Shown: positions 9,028 through 18,585, numbered from the stretch's first letter. The stretch: DNA of 37,914 nucleotides from Nitrospirales bacterium (GCA_049607825.1 JBMYWX010000001.1:1-37914), one strand, 5' to 3'. The notes: generated from the letters alone by a model not told the origin. Made by a program: numbers and translations.

Positions 9028-9965
9028 ATTTGCGTGACCCGATAAAAAGTTTTCACATGTTCTATGGCACTTATACCCATGGCCCGAATCGCCTCTTTCG
9101 AGTTGCCTCCAATGTGTGGCGTGCAAAAGACATTTGGAAGACCTACTAATTCTAAATCTGGAGCTGGTTCATCTTCATAAACATCTATCGCCGCACCTGC
9201 AATAAGCCCTTTACCGAGCGCCTCTTTCAGATGTAGTTGATTCACAATCCCCCCTCGTGACGTGTTTATGAAAAAGGCATCTGACTTCATACGAGCGAGC
9301 AGATCAAGATTCACAAGATGTTGCGTGGCGGTAGTGAGAGGTATATGGATGGTGACAACATCTGATTGAGACACCAGTTCCTCCACCGACACCGTGGTCA
9401 AGTCATGTTGGAGACAAAACTCTGATTGGTCAATAATATCATTTACCAATATCCGACATGAGAATGGGTGTAAGAGACGAACGACTTCTTTCCCAATATG
9501 ACCCAGCCCAATGATGCCAACCGTTTTTCGACTAAGCTGCGCTCCACCTTTTTTTTCCCATGTCCCAGCCTTTAATTGAAAGGATGATTGATATAAATTT
9601 CGGCTCAGACTCAGCATAAACCCAAGAACCTGCTCAGCTACTGACAAACGGTTCACTCCGCCAGTCCATCCTACGTGCACACCACGAACCTCACAGGCAG
9701 CACGATCGATATTGTCCATTCCCACGCCGTACTTTGCTATACATTCGAGCCTCGGACATGAGTCTAGAAATTTTGCATCGACTGGATCAGTACCGAGTAT
9801 GAGCCCATTCGCTGGCTGAACCAACGCGGTGAACGCCGGGCGCGTGAGTTTATGTGTTTCATAGTTGAAAAGGCTGTTCGGAAAGAAATGTAGAAGATTT
9901 TCTCGAAGATATGGATCGTTTGAGAACGAATGCGACGTCGCAACGATAATTTTATCACTCGACAC
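9024..9965 (-). CDS. D-isomer-specific 2-hydroxyacid dehydrogenase (PGDH/GyaR-like)
   Basis: 313-aa ORF. NAD motif GIIGLGHIGKEV, plus INTSRGG, AIDVYEDEP and the catalytic-His segment CTPHIGG. Confidence 0.9.
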   Translation of the reverse strand: MSSDKIIVATSHSFSNDPYLRENLLHFFPNSLFNYETHKLTRPAFTALVQPANGLILGTDPVDAKFLDSCPRLECIAKYGVGMDNIDRAACEVRGVHVGWTGGVNRLSVAEQVLGFMLSLSRNLYQSSFQLKAGTWEKKGGAQLSRKTVGIIGLGHIGKEVVRLLHPFSCRILVNDIIDQSEFCLQHDLTTVSVEELVSQSDVVTIHIPLTTATQHLVNLDLLARMKSDAFFINTSRGGIVNQLHLKEALGKGLIAGAAIDVYEDEPAPDLELVGLPNVFCTPHIGGNSKEAIRAMGISAIEHVKTFYRVTQI

Positions 9966-9968
9966 GAT

Positions 9969-10919
9969 TCATTGATCTCCTTGGCAAAATCGCATAATAC
10001 GATCTGTGACCGTGGCCACATCAATACCAACAAGCTGATGTAAGTGCTCTCGTCCTCCATTTTCTAAGTGATAATGATCAGGTATCCCGATGCGGAGTAT
10101 TGGTGTTTGAATACCTGCATCAATACACCCTTCACCCAACGCACTCCCAAGCCCCCCACTCAGAAAATGCTCTTCCAGCGTCACGATTCGTGAATAGGGA
10201 GCCAGGACCGATTTCAAAATCTCCAAGTCAAGAGGCTTCAGACGATATGAATCCACAATTCCTGCCTGAATATTTTTTTCCGCAAGTTTCTTCTTCACTT
10301 CCAGCGCTTTCTGGACCATATAGCCAGCGGTAACAATGCAAACATCTTTTCCTGATTCAATATCAACGACCCCTTGTGATACAAATCGCGTCTCGCCAGG
10401 CATATAGACTGACGGCAGAAAGGCTCGATCTAATCGTACATAGCGAAAAGCTGGCTGAGCATAGGTGAGTCTTGCCGTAGCCATGACTGATTCCGTATCA
10501 CACGGTGTGAGAATCTCAATGCCTCCCAGGGCACGCATACAGCTGATATCCTCTGTTGCATAATGGGTAGGCCCCGCATCATTATAACTATATCCCACCC
10601 CCACACCGATAATGGTCAATGGTAGGTTCATTGAGGCGATGGCCACTTTGATTTGTTCATAACAGCGTAATGTCACGAAAGGTGCCATGGCATAGACGTA
10701 CACAGTTTTTCCATTCAAGGCTAACCCTGCCGCCACATCAATCATGTTTTGTTCACTAATACCCGCATGAATGAATTGTCCATTCGCCTCGGTACGAAAA
10801 CGGTCAAGAGCCTTGGCGCCTAAATCTGCACTCAGAAAGTAGAGATTCTTGTTATGCGTGGCTTCTTGCCTGATCTGTTCGATAAAGACATCTCTCGGAA
10901 GCTCTTGGCCCATAGTCAT
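9969..10919 (-). CDS. Transketolase, C-terminal subunit, copy 2
   Basis: Contains HAGISEQNMIDVAAGLALNGKTVYVYAMAPF and LEEHFLSGGLGSALGE. The ORF track starts at a TTG (10946). ATG 10919 is preceded by AAGGAC at a 6-nt spacing and removes the overlap with the N-half gene. Confidence 0.9.
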   Translation of the reverse strand: MTMGQELPRDVFIEQIRQEATHNKNLYFLSADLGAKALDRFRTEANGQFIHAGISEQNMIDVAAGLALNGKTVYVYAMAPFVTLRCYEQIKVAIASMNLPLTIIGVGVGYSYNDAGPTHYATEDISCMRALGGIEILTPCDTESVMATARLTYAQPAFRYVRLDRAFLPSVYMPGETRFVSQGVVDIESGKDVCIVTAGYMVQKALEVKKKLAEKNIQAGIVDSYRLKPLDLEILKSVLAPYSRIVTLEEHFLSGGLGSALGEGCIDAGIQTPILRIGIPDHYHLENGGREHLHQLVGIDVATVTDRIMRFCQGDQ

Positions 10920-10930
10920 AGCTGCGTCCT

Positions 10931-11761
10931 TTAGTTCATGATACAATTGGTGAGCAATTCTTCTCGTGCTTGATCCATTTGCTCTTCAGTTGGCATTCGG
11001 TTATGCCATAACGCTTGGCTTTCCATAAAGGAAATACCTTTCCCTTTGATGGAATTCGAAATAATCGCAAAGGGTTTCCCCGTTTGATTTGAGGTAGCTT
11101 CCGTCAATGCTGGTAGTATTTCCGCATAAGAATGACCATCAATTGTTACGGTCTCCCATCCAAAAGCTCGCCATTTCTCTTCAAGCGAATCGAGTCTTAT
11201 GCAACGTTCCGTTTCTTCCATGATACAGAGACGATTGCGATCGATGATGACAACGAGATTCTCAAGCTGATGATGTGCAGCAAACATGGCGGATTCCCAG
11301 ACTGACCCTTCGTAACATTCTCCATCCCCTATAACAACAAAGGTCCTATAGGATTGCCCGTCTTGTTGAGCTGCATAAGCATACCCACAACCAATACCAA
11401 GACCATGCCCTAACGATCCTGTAATAGATTCAATCCCCGGAATACTGTGATCCGCATACATGCGTAACAGACCATCAGGTTTAGTAAACTTCTCAAGCTC
11501 ACTAGCATCAAAATAGCCGAGGTCAGCAAGAATGGGATACAAGACCATGGCCGCGTGACCTTTGCTTATTAGTACACGATCTCTATCTGGATGGCGCACC
11601 TCATTGGGGTATCCATGAAAATACCCACCATACATTAGGGCTAGAACCACTTCAGCGCAGGAATATGACGATGGGATATGACCTTTCTTGACACGCATCA
11701 CAAGTTCAAACAACTCCTGTCGTAACCACTGCGATTTCTTCTTTAATTTTTCAATCTCCAT
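10931..11761 (-). CDS. Transketolase, N-terminal (ThDP-binding) subunit, copy 2
   Basis: 276-aa ORF. Contains GSLGHGLGIG and GDGECYEGSVWESAMFAAHHQLENLVVIIDRN. It is clearly diverged from copy 1. Confidence 0.9.
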   Translation of the reverse strand: MEIEKLKKKSQWLRQELFELVMRVKKGHIPSSYSCAEVVLALMYGGYFHGYPNEVRHPDRDRVLISKGHAAMVLYPILADLGYFDASELEKFTKPDGLLRMYADHSIPGIESITGSLGHGLGIGCGYAYAAQQDGQSYRTFVVIGDGECYEGSVWESAMFAAHHQLENLVVIIDRNRLCIMEETERCIRLDSLEEKWRAFGWETVTIDGHSYAEILPALTEATSNQTGKPFAIISNSIKGKGISFMESQALWHNRMPTEEQMDQAREELLTNCIMN

Positions 11762-11802
11762 AGTTTCTCCCGTCCTTGAATACCCAGCTCAGGACTTACT
11801 AT

Positions 11803-13350
11803 TTACTTTTCTGCTCCTACAGGCACGGAATGTTGCCGTTCCAAGGTATGCGAGGCCATTTCCTGAATATGCGCTCGTGTAGGACTCCCAAACTTTTCTT
11901 CAATCATGTGTAAATACGCTGGACTTTCATGGTACTGCTGCCAGGCTTGATCACGGAATGCCAAAACTTCTGCACCGGAAATGTATTTAGTTGGTAGCGG
12001 TAACGAATCAATTGCGTGTTGCGAATATCCTGACCATTTTTCAGGTAATGCCCATCCCTGCAGAATGGCTTGGTTATAGAGGGCAGATCCCGGATAGGCC
12101 ATCGCACTATAGTAGTTTGCAAACTCGCAATTGAGTTCTAAAGACAAATCCATGGTTGCCTGCATAGTTTCATGGTCATCTTCTGGAAGCCCAAAGATAT
12201 AATTGGCAATGACATTGATTCCCTCGGACCGTACATGTTCGATTGTTTTGTACACAAGATCTTGCTTGTACGATTTCAGCACTTCATCACGTACACGTCC
12301 ACTCCCAGCTTCAATCCCGAAGCAGAGCCAGTGAAAACCAGCACGTTTCAGTTTTTCAGCCATACCATCTTTTACCGTATCGACACGGGCATAGGCCCAA
12401 ATATTTAAATCATATCCACGTTCAAGAATTAAGTCGCAGATGGTATTCACGTGACTCTTATTCAGGACAAACATTTCATCTGCAAATTTGATGTTCCGCA
12501 CACCATAGTGATTCACCAGTACATCAATTTGTGAAATAATTGTCTCTGGGCTCCAAAATCGATAACTATTGACTTTTTCAACATAGCCCAAGGCTAACTC
12601 CCCTGACTTAAATGGTGCTTGAATACAACAGTATGTACAGTGATAGGGACATCCCAAAGTCGTATAGAGCGATGCATAGGGCTCACGTTGATCTAAAAAA
12701 CCAAAGCAATGCCAATTATGAGCTCGATAGTTGTTCATGGGAAGTAAATCCCATGCAAGTCCAGGCATATCTTCATCGAGTGTTTCAAGGTTTTTCCCAG
12801 GATGAGTCTTTGCGATATGACCATCATCCCAATAGTACAGACTTGGAACCTTACAAATATTCGCAGCGTCATGCGATTTGAGCATTTCGATCAGGTCCAC
12901 AATCGTCAACAGTCCCTCTCCACCGCAGACATAATCGACTTGTTCTTCTTGTAGGGTTCTCTCAGGTAACGCTGACACATGGCCACCTATCATCAAAATT
13001 TTCTGTTCTGGCTGAACATCTTTCACGGCCGTACAAATAGCTCCTGCGGACGGCATGACCTGGGTAGATGCAGAGGGATTATGTCCATAGACCACAACCA
13101 CAACCAACCTTGGATTAAGATCTACAATCCGCTGCGCTGTTTCCGATGGAGCCAGATTTTCTCCATTTGCATCAATGACCGCGACGGCATAACCTCGTTT
13201 CCTCAGAAACGTCGCCATCAATCCTGGCCAAACCGGTGGTTCAAGCGCAGAAAGAGAAGACCCGAGTGATTGATAAATTTGTGTACGATTTCCTGGATTA
13301 ATTAACACCACATCAACACGAGATGTATTACCCATTTGAACATTCCTCAC
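11803..13350 (-). CDS. B12-binding-domain radical SAM enzyme (class B-like)
   Basis: 515-aa ORF. The N-terminal part has a Rossmann-like cobalamin-domain pattern (VVLINPG..., LVVVVVYGHNP, ILMIGGHVSALPE). The radical SAM cluster motif CPYHCTYC (CxxxCxxC) is at about 12628..12651. Confidence 0.9.
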   Translation of the reverse strand: MRNVQMGNTSRVDVVLINPGNRTQIYQSLGSSLSALEPPVWPGLMATFLRKRGYAVAVIDANGENLAPSETAQRIVDLNPRLVVVVVYGHNPSASTQVMPSAGAICTAVKDVQPEQKILMIGGHVSALPERTLQEEQVDYVCGGEGLLTIVDLIEMLKSHDAANICKVPSLYYWDDGHIAKTHPGKNLETLDEDMPGLAWDLLPMNNYRAHNWHCFGFLDQREPYASLYTTLGCPYHCTYCCIQAPFKSGELALGYVEKVNSYRFWSPETIISQIDVLVNHYGVRNIKFADEMFVLNKSHVNTICDLILERGYDLNIWAYARVDTVKDGMAEKLKRAGFHWLCFGIEAGSGRVRDEVLKSYKQDLVYKTIEHVRSEGINVIANYIFGLPEDDHETMQATMDLSLELNCEFANYYSAMAYPGSALYNQAILQGWALPEKWSGYSQHAIDSLPLPTKYISGAEVLAFRDQAWQQYHESPAYLHMIEEKFGSPTRAHIQEMASHTLERQHSVPVGAEK

Positions 13351-13380
13351 ATAATTTCATGACGTTACGCTCAATGTATT

Positions 13381-14616
13381 TCAAGATAATTCATTTAATA
13401 TTGAGCACAATTTCACAATTTTCTTTTTATTCAATTCAGGATAGTTGCCAATATAGAAACCAAAAAAGTGAATATGTTCAACATTGGGAAATTTCAGAAA
13501 TTCATTTTCTGGAAATCGTCCCCGCAAATACGGCTGTCGTAGCTGATTGCCACCTCCTGATGTCCCACGTCGGAATTCTACGCCATAGCTTCGAAGAACT
13601 TTCTCTACCAGATTTCGTAATTTCACATCGGGGTGTTTTAAGATAAGAACCAGTGCATAGCTGCAGCTTCCCTCAACTGCAAAGTCTGTTTGATATTTAT
13701 GTTCATCAAGGTATTCAAGAAACGTGAGAAGATTTTCAGTTCGAATCGCATTGCGCTCATCGAGTCTACTAAGCTGTGAGCGTCCTAAGACAGCGTTTAA
13801 CTCTGTGTTCCTCACATTGTAAGCTGGCATCGCAAAAATAAAATCAGGATTTAAATCCGGATACTGCTCCCCATAGTGAGTCTTGAGTGCCTTTGACGTA
13901 GATTCTCTCACCATCCCATGCGATCGAAGCATCCGTAACATTTGATACAATTCCTCATCATTCGTACAAATCATGCCTCCTTCGATCGTACTCATATGAT
14001 GCGCGTAATAGAACGAGAAATTTGACATAAGCCCAAAGGTACCAGACTTACGTTCACGATACGTGGCCCCATGCGATTCACACACATCTTCGATCAATGG
14101 GATATTTCTTTTCGACAATGTATCCAACAATTGCTCACTCATAGCATTAAAGCCTAAAATATGGGTTAAGAAGACGGCTTTTGTGTTGGGTGTGATTTTC
14201 GCGATTACCTGGTCTGTGTTCATCCCTAATGTGGAAGAATCAATATCGACGAAGACTGGTTGAAATCCATTCTGAATAACAGAAGTAATATCTGAGACCC
14301 ACGTTAACGTCGGCACGATGATCTCGCCAGTCCCTACGCGATCCCGAAGAGCAGCAAGCGTGACCAGATTGGCTGACGACCCTGAGTTCACAAATACACT
14401 AAATCTGACACCTAACCAGTTCGACCATTCCTGCTCAAAGGATTCTACTTGTTTAGCTTGAGTTAACATTGGATCGTCTTGTTGCAAATACTCACACAAG
14501 GAATCTAGATCAGCGCGCACTATATTATTTTTCATCAAGGGCCATGACAGATCATGGCTTTCGAATGTATCTTCAGTCCATTGAGCCTGATCTGTTTCTA
14601 AATAGATTGTTTTCAT
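13381..14616 (-). CDS. DegT/ColD/RfbH-family PLP/PMP enzyme, dehydratase type (His replaces the Schiff-base Lys)
   Basis: 411-aa ORF. Contains VNSGSSANL, EDVCESHGA and NFSFYYAHHMSTIEGG. The HH dyad (13996..14001) sits where DegT aminotransferases carry Lys. Confidence 0.85.
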   Translation of the reverse strand: MKTIYLETDQAQWTEDTFESHDLSWPLMKNNIVRADLDSLCEYLQQDDPMLTQAKQVESFEQEWSNWLGVRFSVFVNSGSSANLVTLAALRDRVGTGEIIVPTLTWVSDITSVIQNGFQPVFVDIDSSTLGMNTDQVIAKITPNTKAVFLTHILGFNAMSEQLLDTLSKRNIPLIEDVCESHGATYRERKSGTFGLMSNFSFYYAHHMSTIEGGMICTNDEELYQMLRMLRSHGMVRESTSKALKTHYGEQYPDLNPDFIFAMPAYNVRNTELNAVLGRSQLSRLDERNAIRTENLLTFLEYLDEHKYQTDFAVEGSCSYALVLILKHPDVKLRNLVEKVLRSYGVEFRRGTSGGGNQLRQPYLRGRFPENEFLKFPNVEHIHFFGFYIGNYPELNKKKIVKLCSILNELS

Positions 14617-14640
14617 TCTCGTCTTTCGAATGACTCAGTC

Positions 14641-15705
14641 CTAAAGCCCATTTATGCTTACTTCTTTAAAGACAGGCTGTGGAGCCATCTGCCGTGCACG
14701 TTCAGCAATAGTAAAATCTTCCTCTCGATCGCAGAAAATGACTTGACTGCCACTAAAGTCAAACTTGAATGGAACAAGAATTAAGTCTCGAAGGGTTTCC
14801 CGGACCTGCGCTTGACACTCTGGAGGAACAAACAATAAGAGAAACCCTCCACCTCCTGCGCCCGTTAACTTACCTCCCAATGCGCCTGCCTTTCTTGCCC
14901 GTTCATACATGAGGTCGACATCGTCATTCGACACGCTGGAACTCAACGTCCGTTTAGTCACCCACCCTTCATGTAGTAACTCTCCGAACCCTCTCAACCC
15001 TGAGCCACTATTCAGAATGCTCAAGCCTTCAGCCACAAGGTCTTTCATAATTCGTAACTGTCGTTTTCGTGCCTCTAGATCGTGAACATAGGTTTGCGCA
15101 ATATTGGCTGCGGTACGTTTGAAACCTGTGTAAAACAACATAAGATGAGAATTTAACTCGTGTATTCGTTCTTGACCTAATAACACAGGGGTCACCGAAA
15201 TCTGTCCGTTAGTTTGAAAGGTGACGTAATTAAACCCACCATGAGCGGCAAGAACTTGATCTTGAGATCCAACCGTTTCTTTGAGTTGTTCTTGTTCAAT
15301 CGCAATACTTTCCATCGCTAACTGCTGCTTCGTCGGCATAAACCCTTTCAATCCATACAAGGCATGTAAGAGTCCCACAGTAAATGCTGAACTCGTTCCC
15401 ATTCCACTACGGGCAGGAAGATCACCATCATGATGAATCTCCACGCCCTGTTCAATGTTCATCGAACGCAGGACTTCTCTGACAGCGGGGTGCTTAATCT
15501 CGTTAATCGTCTGACAATTTTCAATTTGGGAATAGACAATCCGAATTCTATGTTCAAAAAATGGGGGAAGGAATCGACATGAAAGATAACAATATTTATC
15601 AATCGAGGCCGCGAGCACTACGCCGCCATGCTTTCGATACCACGCAGGGTAATCAGTTCCACCGCCGAAAAATGAAATACGAAATGGGGTGCGGCTAATA
15701 ATCAT
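14641..15705 (-). CDS. hddA: GHMP-family sugar kinase, D-glycero-D-manno-heptose-7-phosphate kinase-like (HddA family)
   Basis: 354-aa ORF. The N terminus MIISRTPFRISFFGGGTDYP is characteristic. GHMP motif PARSGMGTSSAF and GAGGGGF are present. Confidence 0.8.
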   Translation of the reverse strand: MIISRTPFRISFFGGGTDYPAWYRKHGGVVLAASIDKYCYLSCRFLPPFFEHRIRIVYSQIENCQTINEIKHPAVREVLRSMNIEQGVEIHHDGDLPARSGMGTSSAFTVGLLHALYGLKGFMPTKQQLAMESIAIEQEQLKETVGSQDQVLAAHGGFNYVTFQTNGQISVTPVLLGQERIHELNSHLMLFYTGFKRTAANIAQTYVHDLEARKRQLRIMKDLVAEGLSILNSGSGLRGFGELLHEGWVTKRTLSSSVSNDDVDLMYERARKAGALGGKLTGAGGGGFLLLFVPPECQAQVRETLRDLILVPFKFDFSGSQVIFCDREEDFTIAERARQMAPQPVFKEVSINGL

Positions 15706-15944
15706 GTCGTCTTTCTCAACCGATCCCTGGGAATCAAGTCATGGCATCGCGATTGTCATTAAAAGAAAACACGCAACACAACATGCATCGTACGTCTTAC
15801 CACCGACCTTTTCATACGGAATAAGGACATCCGCATTGTTGAAGCACCAAATAGCAATGCTGACATATCAGTTCTATCCTGCAAAAACATTACTCTATTC
15901 TCTGAACACCTCTCGTATTAACCGCCAACCCCTATGCTCGCCAC

Positions 15945-16919
15945 CTACGATGTCCTGACTAGTTTGGCCTTATCCTTTATCTCTTTCGAACATGATTCAT
16001 GGTCGCAAAACCATTGATAGGTATCCTCTAGTGCTTCTCGCATATTCATAGAAGACAACCACCCCATAGAAATAAGAGGGGAACAATCAAGAGACTTCAG
16101 CGGGGCTCCATCTGAAATGTGAGTATTAAAATGAAATGAACCTTGGTACCCAACAACCTCTGCGATAAGAAACGCCAAGGCTTTGATCGACATCGTCGGC
16201 CCACTTCCTAAATTTATCGGTTTTGAACTTTCATATGAGCGCATCACAAACACACAAGCCCTTGCCACATCATCAGCATGCATAAATTGTCTTTGAGGAT
16301 CTCCACTCCCCCAAATTTCTACTGAATCAGCATGCGTACATTTCGCCTCATGTATTTTCCTCATTAACGCAGGAAGAACATGTGCAGTATCAAGAGCAAA
16401 ATCATCATCAGGACCAAAGACATCTCCAGGGATTCCAACAATCCCATTTAGCTGAAATTGCGTGCGATACGCTTTCACCATGACTATTCCTGCTAACTTC
16501 GCGGTCGCATAGGCTTCACTCGTTGGCTCCAAAGATCCAGTCATCAAACTCTCGATGCGCATTGGCTGAGGGCAAATCTTGGGATAGCTACAGGAACTTC
16601 CGAGATACAATAGTTTCTTCACCCTACTCTGTGATGCTGCCTGAATGATATTCGTTTGTGATAAAATATTCCCGGTCATCAAGTCTGCTGGATATTGTTG
16701 ATTCGCACGAATTCCCCCTGCTTTCCCACCAACGTAAAACACATATTCAGGATTCGTGACCTTAAAGAATTCAAAGACTTCTTGTTGATTCTTGAGATTT
16801 GAAACTTCACCGTTTTCTCCCACACGGTGATAGTACCCTTCTTGCTCCAACACACGAATGAGTGCAGAACGCAAAACCGGATGACTTCCAGCTACGAATA
16901 TTTTTGAGTTCTTGTTCAT
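15945..16919 (-). CDS. GDP-L-fucose synthase-like 3,5-epimerase/4-reductase (Fcl/WcaG family SDR)
   Basis: 324-aa ORF, collinear with Fcl as I remember it: YPADL, LGSSCSYP, YATAK, HVLPALMRK, WGSG...R.F.H.DD, GW. The N-terminal glycine motif is degenerate (see findings). Confidence 0.8.
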   Translation of the reverse strand: MNKNSKIFVAGSHPVLRSALIRVLEQEGYYHRVGENGEVSNLKNQQEVFEFFKVTNPEYVFYVGGKAGGIRANQQYPADLMTGNILSQTNIIQAASQSRVKKLLYLGSSCSYPKICPQPMRIESLMTGSLEPTSEAYATAKLAGIVMVKAYRTQFQLNGIVGIPGDVFGPDDDFALDTAHVLPALMRKIHEAKCTHADSVEIWGSGDPQRQFMHADDVARACVFVMRSYESSKPINLGSGPTMSIKALAFLIAEVVGYQGSFHFNTHISDGAPLKSLDCSPLISMGWLSSMNMREALEDTYQWFCDHESCSKEIKDKAKLVRTS

Positions 16920-17051
16920 AGGAAAATTCTGTTACCCTCTACCACCTTTGCCATCTAGGAAAATTAGACATAGTTATTCACATTTCTCCACCACGCGTAC
17001 TGAGGAAGCTGTATAATCTTTAAGACTGCAAGAAAGACTTTTCACACCACA

Positions 17052-17552
17052 TTATTCAACTGTTCCGTACATACCAAGAACCACATCCTTGATTGGTTGT
17101 CTGGAAGGTGGCACAAGCTCAGCTGGTAATTGATGGATAGGAAAGTATTGAAGATCTAGGCTTTCGTCACTGCAGGTTAATTGTCCAGAGAGAACCGTTC
17201 CCTCTACCACCACATCAATAATTTGCAAACCATCTTTTGTATCTGGATACGTCACAATCCGTTCATGAGGGACCGAGTATACGCCGACCAATCGTACTAT
17301 TTTAATCTCTAACCCAGTCTCTTCTTTCACTTCACGAATGGCTGTTTCTCTGATCGACTCTCCAACTTCCAAACTACCTCCAGGTATTCCCCACCAACCG
17401 CAATCTGAACGACGCTCGAGAAGTATCCGATTTTGTATATCTCGAATGATCACGCCGACTCCAAGTCTTAATGTAGTTCCAGGACCAATCGTATTGATCG
17501 CGAACATCTCAGGAACGTCAGAAACGGATTCAAAGTTTTTAGACATTTGCAT
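17052..17552 (-). CDS. NUDIX hydrolase
   Basis: Nudix box GGSLEVGESIRETAIREVKEETGL. The start is uncertain (candidate Met codons at 17603, 17552, 17546 and 17507, none with a good SD). It overlaps the stop of the upstream SDR gene. Confidence 0.8.
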   Translation of the reverse strand: MQMSKNFESVSDVPEMFAINTIGPGTTLRLGVGVIIRDIQNRILLERRSDCGWWGIPGGSLEVGESIRETAIREVKEETGLEIKIVRLVGVYSVPHERIVTYPDTKDGLQIIDVVVEGTVLSGQLTCSDESLDLQYFPIHQLPAELVPPSRQPIKDVVLGMYGTVE

Positions 17553-18471
17553 AAGAATTATTTCGTAAAACTGTAAAACATTTCGTGAGTTCACGAATTC
17601 CATCTTCTAATGACCACTGAGTGTTGTATCCTGTACCAAGAATTCTTGCATTAGACACGATATAGTCTCGTTTATCAGGATCTTCTCCAACTGAAGCTTC
17701 TAAATAGACGAAATTTGGGAAAAATTTCTGAATAACCTGAGAAAGTTCTATCTTTGACAGATTCGCATCTTCTAATCCCAAGTTATACGGCTTGCCCTTC
17801 ATAGTTTCAAAATGTTCAATCGCGTAAATAAATGCTCTGGCCACATCACGTATGTGGACATAATTCCGTTTGAGATGGCCTTCAAATATCGTGACCGCTC
17901 TGTCATGCATCGCACGATACACAAAATCATTCACTAACAAATCTATACGCATGCGAGGAGACGCACCAAATACTGTCGCTAATCGAAAGGTCACGCTAGA
18001 TTCGCGATCAAGCACGACTTTTTCTGCTCTGACTTTTGATTCTCCGTATAAGCTAATAGGACGCAATGGGGTATCCTCCGTACAGTACTGGCCTGGTTCA
18101 CCAATGCCATAACCACTATTCGTGACTGGAAACAGTATCATTTGAGAAGGAGAGGCAAGCTTACACAGAAGCTGTACGGCATCAAAATTAACGGACCGCG
18201 CACAAACACGATCTTGCTCACAGGCTGGAGCCCCAACCAGTGCCGCGAGAGGGATGAGACAATCATGACGTGTCACAAGTCTATGCAAGACTTTTTCATC
18301 TCGACAGTCTCCTCGAATCATTTCAAAGTTCGAATTGGCACAACAATCCATCAGACTAGATTGTCTATACAAAAAATTATCCAAAACAGTCACTTGATAG
18401 CCTTCGTCTAGCAATGCAGGAACCAAGATTGACCCGATGTAACCTGCCCCGCCAGTCACTAATATCTTCAT
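17539..18471 (-). CDS. NAD-dependent epimerase/dehydratase (SDR)
   Basis: 310-aa ORF. Contains MKILVTGGAGYIGSILVPALL and YGESK (YxxxK). Confidence 0.85.
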   Translation of the reverse strand: MKILVTGGAGYIGSILVPALLDEGYQVTVLDNFLYRQSSLMDCCANSNFEMIRGDCRDEKVLHRLVTRHDCLIPLAALVGAPACEQDRVCARSVNFDAVQLLCKLASPSQMILFPVTNSGYGIGEPGQYCTEDTPLRPISLYGESKVRAEKVVLDRESSVTFRLATVFGASPRMRIDLLVNDFVYRAMHDRAVTIFEGHLKRNYVHIRDVARAFIYAIEHFETMKGKPYNLGLEDANLSKIELSQVIQKFFPNFVYLEASVGEDPDKRDYIVSNARILGTGYNTQWSLEDGIRELTKCFTVLRNNSYANV

Positions 18472-18585
18472 GGTCTGAACCTTCGCACTTTCATCATGTA
18501 CGATTAGAAAGAAGAGTTTTTCCGTACTTACCGATCTCGGTGATTAGACACTTGCTTTTCACTCGGTACTTTGGACCACTGTCTT

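Noticed and set aside
9028-9126. An N-terminal extension of 33 codons on the SDR ORF 8137..9126
   Set aside because: The extension overlaps the 3' end of the 2-hydroxyacid dehydrogenase gene out of frame. The Rossmann motif begins right after the internal ATG at 9027, which forms an ATGA overlap with the upstream stop.
9549-9556. A T8/A8 homopolymer inside the 2-hydroxyacid dehydrogenase gene as a phase-variation tract
   Set aside because: The tract is short, encodes an ordinary E-K-K segment, and the frame is intact. There are no longer poly-G/C tracts in the cluster.
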